Source: Balneolaceae bacterium
GTDB taxonomy: Bacteria; Bacteroidota; Rhodothermia; Balneolales; Balneolaceae
DNA length: 64,000 nt
Direction of reading: 5' to 3'
Assembly: GCA_965247355.1 (NCBI GenBank)
Contig: OZ252011.1
Span: 3,113,397 to 3,177,396, forward strand
In this document: positions 27,976 through 37,632 of the stretch, one piece after another
Position numbering within the stretch: position 1 is the first letter of the stretch
Layout of the letters: the number at the start of each line of letters is the position of its first letter
Translations under genes and position numbers: made by a program
The notes under the pieces: model-generated
The model's database searches: none
The model's input: the letters and a program-made list of their open reading frames with translations, nothing else
What the model was told of the DNA's origin: nothing

Positions 27976-29766
27976 TCAATTGTCCTCCAAATGTGGAACG
28001 GTTTCTAACTCATTTTGCCAATCGATCTCATAAATTTGAACAAGGTTTTGAATTCCTTTTACCTGAATTTGTTCAAGTTCTTTAGTGGGGATTTTTCTTT
28101 CAAGATTTAGAAATACTGGCTTAGATATTAAAATCTGATGTTTTCCTGCTGCAGAACACAATCGGGCGCCAAGATTTACTGTATTTCCAAGCACGGTATA
28201 ATCCATTCTGTTTTCACTTCCCATTGCTCCCATAACAGCTTCACCACTATTTATTCCAATGCCCACAGCCAGCTCAGATTGTTCCTGGTTCAGCATAGAT
28301 GGGAGTTGTTGCTGAATTCGTATAGCTGTTCGTACAGCTTTTTGATCTTTATCAGGTCCCTGAAATACGGCGACAAGTTCATCCCCAACAAACTTATCTA
28401 CATCACCACCATACTCCTGAACGAGTTCAGCCTGAAAACTCAGAAGGTTGTTTAACATATCGATGACTTCTTCAGGAGTATGTTTCTCGCTCCAGGCAGT
28501 AAAGCCACGAATATCAGAAAAGAACACAGTAATATCCCTCCGTTCGCCCCCAGGTTCAATTCGGCTTAGATCTTTTTGAATGGCGTCAAGTGTGGCTTCA
28601 GAAACAAACTTGAGCATTAATAATCGTTCACGAAGCCCTTCAATCAGGTGATTGAATGCCGAGGTTAAGGTTCCAATTTCATCTTTGGTTGTAATTGGGA
28701 CTTCTTCACTAAAATCTTCCTTCTCAACCCGGAGGACCCCTTGGACGAGTAAATCAATAGGTCGCGTAATGCGTTTTGTGAGAAGGATACTTATAAAAAC
28801 AGAAGCTAGAATTGCCAATAGTCCGATCCCAAAAATTACTAATTGTAGGTTTTGTAATGGGATTAATGCCCGGCTCAAAGATTTTGCTACTGCGTAATAT
28901 CCTTTTATTCCGGTGACTTCATCGTCTAATTGAAACATGGGTGCCAGATAAACCAACCATGTTTCTCCGTTTATTGATATTTCTGAAGTTTGAGCACTCT
29001 TACTTTTAAGAACTTCATAGGTATCCTCATGCACTCTTTTGTTTAACAGATTTTCATCCTGCTCCATAAGGTTTTTAAGTGAAGTAGCAATAAGACGGTC
29101 ATCTACATAAAAAATCACTTCCATCCCGATATCTCTGGAAAGTTGCTCTGTTTCAATCTGGCGAATTGGGAGCCCATACGAAAGTGTTCCAACAAGATTA
29201 TAACCTGCCCAAATCGGAATGGTAATCACATTAAAATAACGATCATTCTCTTTCCAGATGTAAGTTTGATCGGGCATATATCCATTTAAGGCCTCAGTTA
29301 CTCCTTCCCGGTCGGCGATAGAAAATTGTGGTAGCTTGTAGGTTGAAAGCTGTCCTAAGGGCTTGCCTTGATTATCAGAAACCAACAAAAGACCAGAAGA
29401 ATCAGGATTGGTAAAAAAGCTTTCAGGAATTAATGAGTCGGGAATAATGGGGTCAAAGTCGAGCAGGTACCGAAGCTCATCGCGAATTTTTTGTGTCACA
29501 GTTACTGTATCGCCAGTAGAAATAGCTGCTTTTAGGCTTGGAATATCAGCTAATAAAATAGCAGTTTGACGAAGCTGACGGAATCGAATATCCTGAATAC
29601 GCTCAAATATCCGACCGGCTTCCTGAAAATTTGTATCAATATCATCCCGGATACGGTTTTCTACTAACTGTCCCACACCAATCAGGAGGGATAGTACCGT
29701 AATAAGTACCAAACCAACAAAGCCGGAAAGAAGCTTCCATCGTAAACTGAAAAAGGATGACTTCAT
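27976..29766 (-). CDS. Membrane sensor adenylate cyclase (TM, periplasmic sensor, TM, HAMP, class III cyclase domain)
   Basis: 596 aa with two TM helices flanking a domain of about 290 aa. HAMP is RPIDLLVQGVLRVEKEDFSEEVPITTKDEIGTLTSAFNHLIEGL. The cyclase motifs are ITVFFSDIRGFT, DKFVGDELVAVF, GIGINSGEAVMGAMG and YTVLGNTVNLGARL. Confidence 0.88.
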   Translation of the reverse strand: MKSSFFSLRWKLLSGFVGLVLITVLSLLIGVGQLVENRIRDDIDTNFQEAGRIFERIQDIRFRQLRQTAILLADIPSLKAAISTGDTVTVTQKIRDELRYLLDFDPIIPDSLIPESFFTNPDSSGLLLVSDNQGKPLGQLSTYKLPQFSIADREGVTEALNGYMPDQTYIWKENDRYFNVITIPIWAGYNLVGTLSYGLPIRQIETEQLSRDIGMEVIFYVDDRLIATSLKNLMEQDENLLNKRVHEDTYEVLKSKSAQTSEISINGETWLVYLAPMFQLDDEVTGIKGYYAVAKSLSRALIPLQNLQLVIFGIGLLAILASVFISILLTKRITRPIDLLVQGVLRVEKEDFSEEVPITTKDEIGTLTSAFNHLIEGLRERLLMLKFVSEATLDAIQKDLSRIEPGGERRDITVFFSDIRGFTAWSEKHTPEEVIDMLNNLLSFQAELVQEYGGDVDKFVGDELVAVFQGPDKDQKAVRTAIRIQQQLPSMLNQEQSELAVGIGINSGEAVMGAMGSENRMDYTVLGNTVNLGARLCSAAGKHQILISKPVFLNLERKIPTKELEQIQVKGIQNLVQIYEIDWQNELETVPHLEDN

Positions 29767-29768
29767 AG

Positions 29769-30467
29769 CTAAGGGTTAAGAGTTATAGTGCCGATCTGAG
29801 ATGTTTGTCCGCTTTGTACGTTAACCTGAGTACTAGATTCTTGGTAGCCAAGTGCATACAATGTAAGTTCATAAGAACCGTCCCCGATACCTGAAAAAGA
29901 AAAAGGATCACCACTTTTTACTTTTGTCCAGGCAATGGCATTTTGCGGAAGCACATAAATGATGGCATGCATGTTGGAATGGATATCACAGAATACGTCT
30001 ACCACTCCCGGTTTTTCAAAAGTTACATCAAAATGTTCGCCTTTAGGGCGTCGACCCACATCAAATTTATGAGGGCTCGTTAAGCTGAATACATTATGAT
30101 ACACAGGATCTGAATTTTGAATTCTTACCCTTCCACCAAGCTCGACGGGTAATATGGAAGGCACAAATTTCTGATCCTTCTGATTCAAAAACTGGAATGC
30201 TTGTGGCAAGGAGTTATTAGCACCAACACCTTTTAGAACAACAAGAATAGAGTCTGTGGAGGCTTGGCTAGCTCCTGAAGGAGACGGGCGACCGTAAAGA
30301 CCACCGCCGAAACGTCCCGGGCGGTTTTTTGGAGTTAGAACCGCGGTTCCTTCTACAGAGCCATTAAAAACAGTAACCTCCTGTTTAGATTGAGAAGGCG
30401 ATGATACTCCAAAAAAGCTTAATATTAAGCCGATTAACAAAGAGTATAGAGCGGTGTGTAAGTTCAT
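29769..30467 (-). CDS. Secreted cupredoxin (type-1 copper-like) protein with a C-terminal CarboxypepD_reg-like beta-sandwich
   Basis: 232 aa with a signal peptide. Candidate copper ligands are H124 (DPVYHNVF) and C160-x2-H163-x2-M166 (VFCDIHSNMH), the same Cys-His-Met spacing as amicyanin. The C-terminal segment is SYELTLYALGYQESSTQVNVQSGQTSQIGTITL. Confidence 0.65.
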   Translation of the reverse strand: MNLHTALYSLLIGLILSFFGVSSPSQSKQEVTVFNGSVEGTAVLTPKNRPGRFGGGLYGRPSPSGASQASTDSILVVLKGVGANNSLPQAFQFLNQKDQKFVPSILPVELGGRVRIQNSDPVYHNVFSLTSPHKFDVGRRPKGEHFDVTFEKPGVVDVFCDIHSNMHAIIYVLPQNAIAWTKVKSGDPFSFSGIGDGSYELTLYALGYQESSTQVNVQSGQTSQIGTITLNP

Positions 30468-30499
30468 TGATCCCGATTTAAGTCGGAATTAACTTATAA

Positions 30500-30549
30500 A
30501 TGCATAAAACAGCAAGAAATCAGGATTCAGATTCCGACCCTGAATCCTG
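30500..30549 (-). terminator. Probable intrinsic terminator overlapping the mscS-family stop codon
   Basis: There is a perfect 10-bp inverted repeat, caggattcag (30521-30530) / ctgaatcctg (30540-30549), with a 9-nt loop. On the minus-strand RNA it is followed by AUUUCUUGCUGUUUUAUG. Confidence 0.55.
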
Positions 30550-31524
30550 GCGCTCTTCCTCATTCTCAGGAATTGCATTCCTGAAATTGATATCTCGTTG
30601 TGGGAAAGGAATTTCTATTTCCATTTCTCTGAATTTCCTGACAATTGCCTGATTCAATTCATTCAGGACATTATACTTTTTCTTAACATCAGGAATCCAA
30701 ACCAATAACTTCATATCCCAGGCTGAATCTCCAAAATTACGGAGATGCACATCATGAGCGGGATTTTTGAGGACATTTTCACTTTCTTCAGCAACCTCAT
30801 TCAATGCTTTTAGCACATCCTCCAGATTAGAACCATATGCTACTCCAACATTCACTTGAAGGCGATAGGTTGGATCTCCATGCGAATAGTTTATTACATC
30901 CTGAGAAACAAACTGTGAGTTCGGAACAATGATAGAAATATTATCGAGCGTCTTAACTTTTGTTGAGCGAATATTGATTTCCTGAACATCCCCTTCAATA
31001 TTACTAACCTCAACACGATCACCCACACTAATAGGACGTTCGAAAAGGACAATTAAACCTGAGATAAAGTTAGAAGTAACATTCTGAAGACCAAAACCAA
31101 TACCGACAGAGAGAAACCCAAAGATTACGGCTAGCCCGGTAAGATTAATTCCTAAGAATTGAAAAGAGACGAATATCCCAATGATCACAATTACATACTG
31201 AGACATTCTTGCAAGCGTATATCTCAGGCCGCTGTCATGTATAAACCGGGGGAGAACTTTTTTGTTTAGAAGTCTTTTAACAAAAGAGGCCAGATACGAA
31301 AACCCAATTATAAAGAGAATGAATACGATAATGGACATAAATGTGACCGGGGTGTCCTGTATCTCAAAGAGGGTCACATTTAAAAAATCACGAACATATG
31401 TGAAAATCTCAGTTATGGAATAGTCGGTCGGGTCCGGGATAACAAAAGTTGAGTCTGTTTCGATGATTGAAGAATCCGGATTAACCGAACTGGTATCTAT
31501 TTGCTGATTAAAGAGTTGATTCAT
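30520..31524 (-). CDS. Mechanosensitive ion channel (MscS family)
   Basis: 334 aa with three TM helices, then the MscS beta-domain (VGDRVEVSNIEGDVQEINIRSTKVKTLDNISIIVPNSQF). Confidence 0.85.
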   Translation of the reverse strand: MNQLFNQQIDTSSVNPDSSIIETDSTFVIPDPTDYSITEIFTYVRDFLNVTLFEIQDTPVTFMSIIVFILFIIGFSYLASFVKRLLNKKVLPRFIHDSGLRYTLARMSQYVIVIIGIFVSFQFLGINLTGLAVIFGFLSVGIGFGLQNVTSNFISGLIVLFERPISVGDRVEVSNIEGDVQEINIRSTKVKTLDNISIIVPNSQFVSQDVINYSHGDPTYRLQVNVGVAYGSNLEDVLKALNEVAEESENVLKNPAHDVHLRNFGDSAWDMKLLVWIPDVKKKYNVLNELNQAIVRKFREMEIEIPFPQRDINFRNAIPENEEERQDSGSESES

Positions 31525-31558
31525 TTATATTTTAAACTCATTGGTTCACAATAATGTA

Positions 31559-31595
31559 CAAAAAAACCGAAGCAGGTTTAGTTCCCACTTCGGTT
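31559..31595 (-). terminator. Rho-independent terminator of glgP
   Basis: The minus-strand RNA reads AACCGAAG-UGGGAACUAAACCUG-CUUCGGUU followed by UUUUUUG. It starts 26 nt after the glgP stop. Confidence 0.75.
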
Positions 31596-31621
31596 GTAAA
31601 TATATCGGACTCAGGTAAATA

Positions 31622-34099
31622 CTATTTCTTAAGCTTTACAAGCTCAGTTTGCCAAATCTCATCATTATAATCTTTGATGGTTCGGTCGCTCGAGAACTTA
31701 CCGACTTTAGCTACATTCAGAATAGCCTTCTTATTCCATTCTGTTTCGTTCTTGTAAACTTTATCTACTTCTTCCTGAGCTTTTACATAAGCCTCATAGT
31801 CTGCAAGCACCATGAAGTAATCCCCTTCATGCAGTAATGCATTTATGATCGGGTGGAACAGGTTTTTATCTTCCGGTGAAAAGAAACCATCACGAATTTG
31901 ATCAAGTGCCCGTTTCAATTCAGGATTTGCGTGGTAGTAGGTTTGAGGGTTGTAACCGGCTCTTCGCAGGTCATCCACGTCTTCAACCTCGAGTCCAAAG
32001 ATAAAGATGTTGTCATCTCCTACTTCTTCTTTGATCTCAACATTTGCGCCGTCCAGCGTTCCTATCGTAAGTGCCCCATTAAGAGCAAACTTCATATTTC
32101 CGGTACCCGAAGCCTCCATTCCTGCAGTCGAAATTTGCTCAGAAAGGTTGGCGGCTGGGATCATCATTTCAGCTAAAGTCACACGATAGTTCTGGAGGAA
32201 AATACATTTCAGTTTATCCTTCACATCGGGATCATTATTGACCTTTTCACCGATAGCGTTAATCAGTTTAATATGATTCTTTGCCATCGTATAACCGGGA
32301 GCTGCCTTTCCTCCAAAAATGACTGTACGAGGAGCAACATCCAGGTCTGGGTTTTCCTTAATGCGATTGTAAAGCGTAATGACATGTAAGGCGGCCATCA
32401 ACTGACGCTTGTATTCGTGTATACGCTTAATCTGGATATCAAACATCGAAGTTGGATCGACTTCGATGCCCATGTCATCCTGAATGTATTTCGCTAGTCG
32501 TTTCTTGTTATTTAGTTTAATCTCAGCAAAGGATTTCTGGAATTTCTTGTCCTCAGCAAACTTAGAGAGCTGTTGAAGTTCGTCGAGATTAGTGATCCAT
32601 CCATTCCCGATTTTATCAGTAATTAAAGAGGAAAGTTCTGGATTACATTGTTTCAACCAGCGGCGAGGAGTAATACCATTCGTTTTATTGGTGAACTTAT
32701 CAGGATACATTTCATCAAAATCTCTGAACATAGATTCTTTGAGAAGACGTGAATGTAGTGCTGCCACTCCATTTACTTTCTTTGATCCAACAATTCCCAG
32801 ATGTGCCATATGCACAACCGGATTTTCGCCCTCACCAACAATACTCATTCTGCTCATCCGGTTTTTGTCATCTCCGAACTGCACTTTGATCTTATCCATG
32901 AAACGGCGGTTAATTTCATAGATAATATTGAGGTGACGAGGGAGTAAGCTCCTCACTAAAGAAACGGGCCATTTTTCCAGTGCTTCAGGAAGCAGTGTGT
33001 GGTTGGTGTACGCCATTGTGTTAACGGTGATATCCCACGCCTTATCCCATTCCATATCTACTTCATCAAGAAGTACCCGCATCAATTCCGGAATTGCGAG
33101 ATTCGGATGGGTATCATTACACTGAACCGCAACACGTTCCGGAAGTTTGGTCCAGTCATCCGTTTGGTTTTTGAACCGGCGTAAGATGTCCTGCATAGAT
33201 GCAGATACAAGGAAGTACTCTTGCTTCAGACGAAGCTCCTGTCCAACAAACATCTTATCATTTGGATAAAGAACTCGTGTAATATTCTGTTCCAACTGGT
33301 TATCGCGAACAGCATCGATATACTGTCCTTGATTAAAGCTTTGCAAGTCAATAGCAGTATCAGATTCAGCCTTCCACAAACGAAGATTGTTTACAATGCC
33401 ATTGTCATATCCCGGAATAGGAGTATCGTAAGCAACAGCCAGAACTTTTTTTGTGTTCTCCCATTTGTATTCAATTTCACCGCTTGGTTTTGTGAACATA
33501 TGCTGGTGTCCATAAAAATCTACCGGATATTGAATCTTAGGACGTACCACATCCCAGGGATTTCCGTATCGTAACCAGAGATCCGGTTTTTCGATTTGAA
33601 ATCCATTCTCAATTTTTTGGTAAAAAATACCATAATCGTAACGAAGACCATAGCCAGTTGCAGGAACTCCAAGGGTTGCCATTGAGTCGAGAAAGCAGGC
33701 TGCGAGACGACCAAGCCCCCCGTTTCCAAGCCCGGCATCCCATTCAGCATTTCGGATTTCATCATAATCCAACCCCAAGTCTTCACAGGCATCTGCGACT
33801 TCCTGCTGCACATCTAAATTCACCACCATATTATCCAGCAAGCGTCCAATCAAGTATTCCATCGAGAGGTAATAAGCACGCTTTACCCCGGTTTTATGAT
33901 AGGTTTGTTGGGTATTAATCCATCTGTCATGGAGACGATCCATCAAGGTGAGCACTACACTTCGGTAATTATCCCAGTTGGTTCGTGAGTATTCGTCTTT
34001 AGCCAGCGTATGTCGCAGGTGTAATTTGATGTCTTCTCTTAATGAATCTTTGTTCAAGCCGGAGCGCACGGCTACTTCGTTTAAATTCTTTTTGCTCAT
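31622..34099 (-). CDS. glgP: Glycogen/maltodextrin phosphorylase
   Basis: 825 aa. It has the GT35 hallmark segments LGNGGLGRLAACFLDS and YTNHTLLPEALE, and the pyridoxal-phosphate lysine motif EASGTGNMKFALNGA. Confidence 0.93.
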   Translation of the reverse strand: MSKKNLNEVAVRSGLNKDSLREDIKLHLRHTLAKDEYSRTNWDNYRSVVLTLMDRLHDRWINTQQTYHKTGVKRAYYLSMEYLIGRLLDNMVVNLDVQQEVADACEDLGLDYDEIRNAEWDAGLGNGGLGRLAACFLDSMATLGVPATGYGLRYDYGIFYQKIENGFQIEKPDLWLRYGNPWDVVRPKIQYPVDFYGHQHMFTKPSGEIEYKWENTKKVLAVAYDTPIPGYDNGIVNNLRLWKAESDTAIDLQSFNQGQYIDAVRDNQLEQNITRVLYPNDKMFVGQELRLKQEYFLVSASMQDILRRFKNQTDDWTKLPERVAVQCNDTHPNLAIPELMRVLLDEVDMEWDKAWDITVNTMAYTNHTLLPEALEKWPVSLVRSLLPRHLNIIYEINRRFMDKIKVQFGDDKNRMSRMSIVGEGENPVVHMAHLGIVGSKKVNGVAALHSRLLKESMFRDFDEMYPDKFTNKTNGITPRRWLKQCNPELSSLITDKIGNGWITNLDELQQLSKFAEDKKFQKSFAEIKLNNKKRLAKYIQDDMGIEVDPTSMFDIQIKRIHEYKRQLMAALHVITLYNRIKENPDLDVAPRTVIFGGKAAPGYTMAKNHIKLINAIGEKVNNDPDVKDKLKCIFLQNYRVTLAEMMIPAANLSEQISTAGMEASGTGNMKFALNGALTIGTLDGANVEIKEEVGDDNIFIFGLEVEDVDDLRRAGYNPQTYYHANPELKRALDQIRDGFFSPEDKNLFHPIINALLHEGDYFMVLADYEAYVKAQEEVDKVYKNETEWNKKAILNVAKVGKFSSDRTIKDYNDEIWQTELVKLKK

Positions 34100-34158
34100 T
34101 ATCCTAAAATCTTATTATTCCGGTAAATTAGTAATGTAATAGTAACTAAGTGATATTA

Positions 34159-35034
34159 TCAGTTTTGTTTTTTGTAGACCCCTAAATCCGGTTCGAAAAG
34201 TGGCCGGGTTAAGTTAGCTAAGAAACCAAGTTTATGAAACGACTCATATGCATTAATAGCAACAAAATCCTGCATGAAAATGCCAAAAACAGAGGAACCG
34301 CTTCCACTCATTGAAGCATAGCTGGCCCCAAAATCATAGAACTGATCTTTAAGATTTCCAACCAGTTCCAACCGTGGAAAAACGGCAGGCTCAAGGTGGT
34401 TTTGAAGTAGGTAGTGCCACTCTTCGATGTCGTCTTCAAGCAGGATGTTTTTCAGGGAAAAATCAGGTTCTCCCAGTGGCTGACAGTATTGATATGCTTC
34501 CGGCGTTTTACTTTCAATATTTGGAAATACCGTCACGATATATGCATCTGGTTGGATATCTAAATACTCAATTTCATCTCCCAAACCAGTTCCAATTCCG
34601 GGTTTTCCGTATACGAAGAAAGGGACATCTGCTCCAAGTTGCTTTCCAAGCCTTGCAAGATCATCGGTAGTAAGTCCCAGATTTGCGATTTTATTGATCA
34701 TTCGGAGAGTTGTCGCCGCGTTACTGCTTCCTCCTCCTAGTCCGGCACCTGCTGGGATATTCTTCTGAACAGAAATTTTAAATTGATCTCTGAGTCCGGC
34801 TTCTTCCTGGAGAAGCTTTATTGCTTTTACAATCAGGTTGGAGTCATCCACAGGAATTTTTTCATCGCTCATTACCAATTGCATTTGGCTGGATGGGGTT
34901 ATCTCAAAGCGATCATTCCACTCGATAAAACAAAACCCTGTCTCAATAGTATGATAGCCATTCGGAAGGCGTTCGAGCACATTAAGTCCAAGGTTAATTT
35001 TTGCATAAGAATTTGAAATCCACACTTCCTTCAC
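34159..35034 (-). CDS. ispE: 4-(cytidine 5'-diphospho)-2-C-methyl-D-erythritol kinase
   Basis: 291 aa. AKINLGLNVLERLPNGYH and the GHMP-kinase motif IPAGAGLGGGSSNAA are present. Confidence 0.9.
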   Translation of the reverse strand: MKEVWISNSYAKINLGLNVLERLPNGYHTIETGFCFIEWNDRFEITPSSQMQLVMSDEKIPVDDSNLIVKAIKLLQEEAGLRDQFKISVQKNIPAGAGLGGGSSNAATTLRMINKIANLGLTTDDLARLGKQLGADVPFFVYGKPGIGTGLGDEIEYLDIQPDAYIVTVFPNIESKTPEAYQYCQPLGEPDFSLKNILLEDDIEEWHYLLQNHLEPAVFPRLELVGNLKDQFYDFGASYASMSGSGSSVFGIFMQDFVAINAYESFHKLGFLANLTRPLFEPDLGVYKKQN

Positions 35035-36446
35035 TTTAAGAAATCCTCCTTATTTTCCATCATATACTGATAAGCAGCATCATGATCATTTGGGATATCG
35101 CCATTCAGAATTGCTTCTTTAACGGCATCTTTAATATCACCAATGGTTCTGGAGGGTTTTATATTCAGTGCTTTCATTATTTCATCACCAGATAATGGGT
35201 TTTTCCAGTTTCTAATTCGGTCTTTCTTTTCAACCTCTTTAATCTTCTTTTCTACTTTGTTAAAGTTCTCCTGAAAGCGTTCAACTTTATTTTCGTTTTT
35301 GCTGGTGATGTCGGCACGGCACAGGGTCATCAAATCGTCGATGTAATCTCCAGCATCAAAAATAAGGCGCCTGATAGCGCTATCGCTTACTTCATCAGAC
35401 ACCAAAGCAATAGGGCGTAAATGCAAACGAACCAGCTTCTGAACAAACTTCATACGTTCATCCAAAGGTAGGTTTAGCCTCCGGAAGATTCTCTTAGTCC
35501 ATTTAGCTCCCAAAGCATCATGTCCATGAAAGGTCCACCCTACCTGCTCATCAAAGCGTTGAGTTGGCGGTTTAGCAATGTCGTGCATAATAGCAGCCCA
35601 GCGAAGCCACAAATCTTCACTAACTTCAGCAACATTATCAAGTACCTGAAGCGTGTGCCAGAAATTGTCTTTATGTCGCTGACCGTTTACCTCTTTTACT
35701 CCGTGCAAATCCACCATTTCCGCGAAAAACTCATTTAATAAACCCGTTTTAAAGAGCATGGTAAATCCTATTGAAGGCTTTTTTGCCAGAATAATTTTAT
35801 TCAGCTCTTCAATAATTCGTTCTTTAGAAATGATATTGATCCTTCCGGCCATGTCGGTTATGGCCTTGAAGGTTTCTCCATGGATGTGGAAGTTTAGTTG
35901 CGTCGCAAAACGGATAGCTCGCATCATGCGAAGTGGATCATCACTAAAAGTCTGTTTCGGATCGATTGGCGTACGGATGATTCCGGACTTAAGATCTTTC
36001 ATTCCTTCAAAAGGATCGTTCAATACCCCAAAATCATTTTTATTAAGCGACCAGGAAAGGGCATTGATGGTTAAATCCCTTCGAAGTTGATCGTCCTCAA
36101 GGGTTCCATTCTCAACAATGGGCTTACGTGAATCTCTTCGGTAGCTTTCTTTTCTCGCCCCAACAAATTCCAACTCAATCCCATCCAACTTTACTTGTGC
36201 TGTTCCAAATTGCTTATATACAGCAAGCGATGAATTGGGTAAAGTCTTATGTACTTCCTGTGCGAATTTAATTCCTGAACCAAGTGTAACAAAGTCAATA
36301 TCAGGATCATCTTTCAGGCGATCCAGATAGTAGTCACGTACATACCCTCCAACAACATATACAGGTTGGTTTAGTGTATGTCCAATCTCGCTGATAGTCT
36401 TAAAAACAGTGGTGTGAAGGCTTGGAATGTCGTACTCTAATTTCAT
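35031..36446 (-). CDS. cca: CCA tRNA nucleotidyltransferase / poly(A) polymerase family protein with HD domain
   Basis: 471 aa with VVGGYVRDYYL...DIDFV (nucleotidyltransferase head), RDLTINAL, DPLRMMRAIRF and an HD region (AIMHDIAKP). It overlaps ispE by 4 nt. Confidence 0.82.
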   Translation of the reverse strand: MKLEYDIPSLHTTVFKTISEIGHTLNQPVYVVGGYVRDYYLDRLKDDPDIDFVTLGSGIKFAQEVHKTLPNSSLAVYKQFGTAQVKLDGIELEFVGARKESYRRDSRKPIVENGTLEDDQLRRDLTINALSWSLNKNDFGVLNDPFEGMKDLKSGIIRTPIDPKQTFSDDPLRMMRAIRFATQLNFHIHGETFKAITDMAGRINIISKERIIEELNKIILAKKPSIGFTMLFKTGLLNEFFAEMVDLHGVKEVNGQRHKDNFWHTLQVLDNVAEVSEDLWLRWAAIMHDIAKPPTQRFDEQVGWTFHGHDALGAKWTKRIFRRLNLPLDERMKFVQKLVRLHLRPIALVSDEVSDSAIRRLIFDAGDYIDDLMTLCRADITSKNENKVERFQENFNKVEKKIKEVEKKDRIRNWKNPLSGDEIMKALNIKPSRTIGDIKDAVKEAILNGDIPNDHDAAYQYMMENKEDFLK

Positions 36447-36553
36447 AGCAACGAAAGATAGGAATGTTCAGGGTGGCTTTCAGGACTATGAGAATTTTAA
36501 TTTCATATAAAAGCTAGATATTGTAACATGAGAAAAATTAAACGGGATGTAGT

Positions 36554-36955
36554 ATGAGTTTTCCTACAAACTGGCTAATTGCCACTAATGGAAGTAAATT
36601 TGCAAGCGAAGCGGTTAAACACGCTGGCTTATTAAGTGCAGAGTTAACTAATAAGCCAAAAGTAACCATTCTGGTTATTGCTACTGAAAAAGAGACCGAA
36701 GATATTGCTTTAGGTATTGTAGAAATGGCCAAGTTTCTTTTTGAAGAAGAAGGTGGTAAACAAGTTGAGCCAAGACTGGAAGTAAGAATCGGGCAACCGG
36801 GACCTACCATTGTTGAAACAGCTAAGGAATTAGGGTGTGATCATATTCTTATTGGGGGTGCCGACTTCAAATGGGATATTCATGATGACTCACCAGGAGG
36901 AGTGAGTAATTACATAATAGCGCGCTTTGATGGCGTTATTACGGTAGTTAAATAA
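36554..36955 (+). CDS. Universal stress protein (UspA family)
   Basis: 133 aa. WLIATNGSKFASEAVKHA... and the C-terminal DHILIGGADF...GGVSNYIIARFDGVITVV fit the Usp fold pattern. Confidence 0.75.
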   Translation: MSFPTNWLIATNGSKFASEAVKHAGLLSAELTNKPKVTILVIATEKETEDIALGIVEMAKFLFEEEGGKQVEPRLEVRIGQPGPTIVETAKELGCDHILIGGADFKWDIHDDSPGGVSNYIIARFDGVITVVK

Positions 36956-37155
36956 GTTTTTTGACCAGGTATTTTTCTGACCCCATTAATAACCGTTTGA
37001 AAAAAGCTAATCTATAGGTTTAAAGGGTTCTCGTACCTTTTTGACTGAATAAAAACTTTACTTTAAAAGCTAAAAAAACAGAATAATTAGAAAATCTAAC
37101 TGCTATTAGCGACACATTATTAGTAAATTTTAATGTTAATTTTTTCTAATAAATA

Positions 37156-37632
37156 ATGCGTTGGGTAGCTCAGATGAAAACTAAAGTAGAACTTACTGCA
37201 TCAGTCCTTATGGTCATTTTGTTTTTTGTAACAACATCTGGCTTGAACTCTGATGCCAACTCTTCCCTGAATGAGCGACTCACTTATGATATTCAGAACA
37301 AGGCAGAAACAGGATACAGCATTATTAAAGCTGAATTAAGTAATCTTCAAGAACTGATATCAGTAGAGGCTTCAAGGCTTATTTTTAAAAACACTCAGGG
37401 AGAGGTTCTTACTATTTATAAGGATGAAACAGGATTAGCTGTAATGAAGGAAAGTACGGGAATAGCTAATATGCTTTCGCTTCAACTGGAAGAATTAAAG
37501 TTCGAGCTTACCTCTGATCAGAAAGCCATTAAAGTAAATCTTTCTACTGAAAGATCAATTATTCATTCATCAGGTGATAAAGTAGAATACTCCGGATTTA
37601 CTACAGGAACTATTAAACTTCCGAAGAGTTAG
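37156..37632 (+). CDS. Hypothetical membrane-anchored protein
   Basis: 158-aa ORF with one N-terminal hydrophobic helix (LTASVLMVILFFVTT). I recognise no family. It is preceded by a 200-bp AT-rich spacer. Confidence 0.45.
   Translation: MRWVAQMKTKVELTASVLMVILFFVTTSGLNSDANSSLNERLTYDIQNKAETGYSIIKAELSNLQELISVEASRLIFKNTQGEVLTIYKDETGLAVMKESTGIANMLSLQLEELKFELTSDQKAIKVNLSTERSIIHSSGDKVEYSGFTTGTIKLPKS

Noticed and set aside
36956-37155. A 200-bp AT-rich spacer after uspA, examined for a small RNA, promoter cluster or mobile-element end.
   Set aside because: I could see no stable hairpins, inverted terminal repeats or conserved motifs. It may simply be a promoter region for the downstream low-GC genes. 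There is not enough evidence to call a feature.
37156-37176. A tRNA-like 5' end (gcgttgggtagctcagatg) that could mark an integration site next to the Kelch insertion.
   Set aside because: The resemblance covers only about 17 nt (acceptor plus D-loop consensus). There is no D-stem closure, anticodon arm or T-arm downstream. The stretch coincides with the start of an ORF. It is most likely chance.
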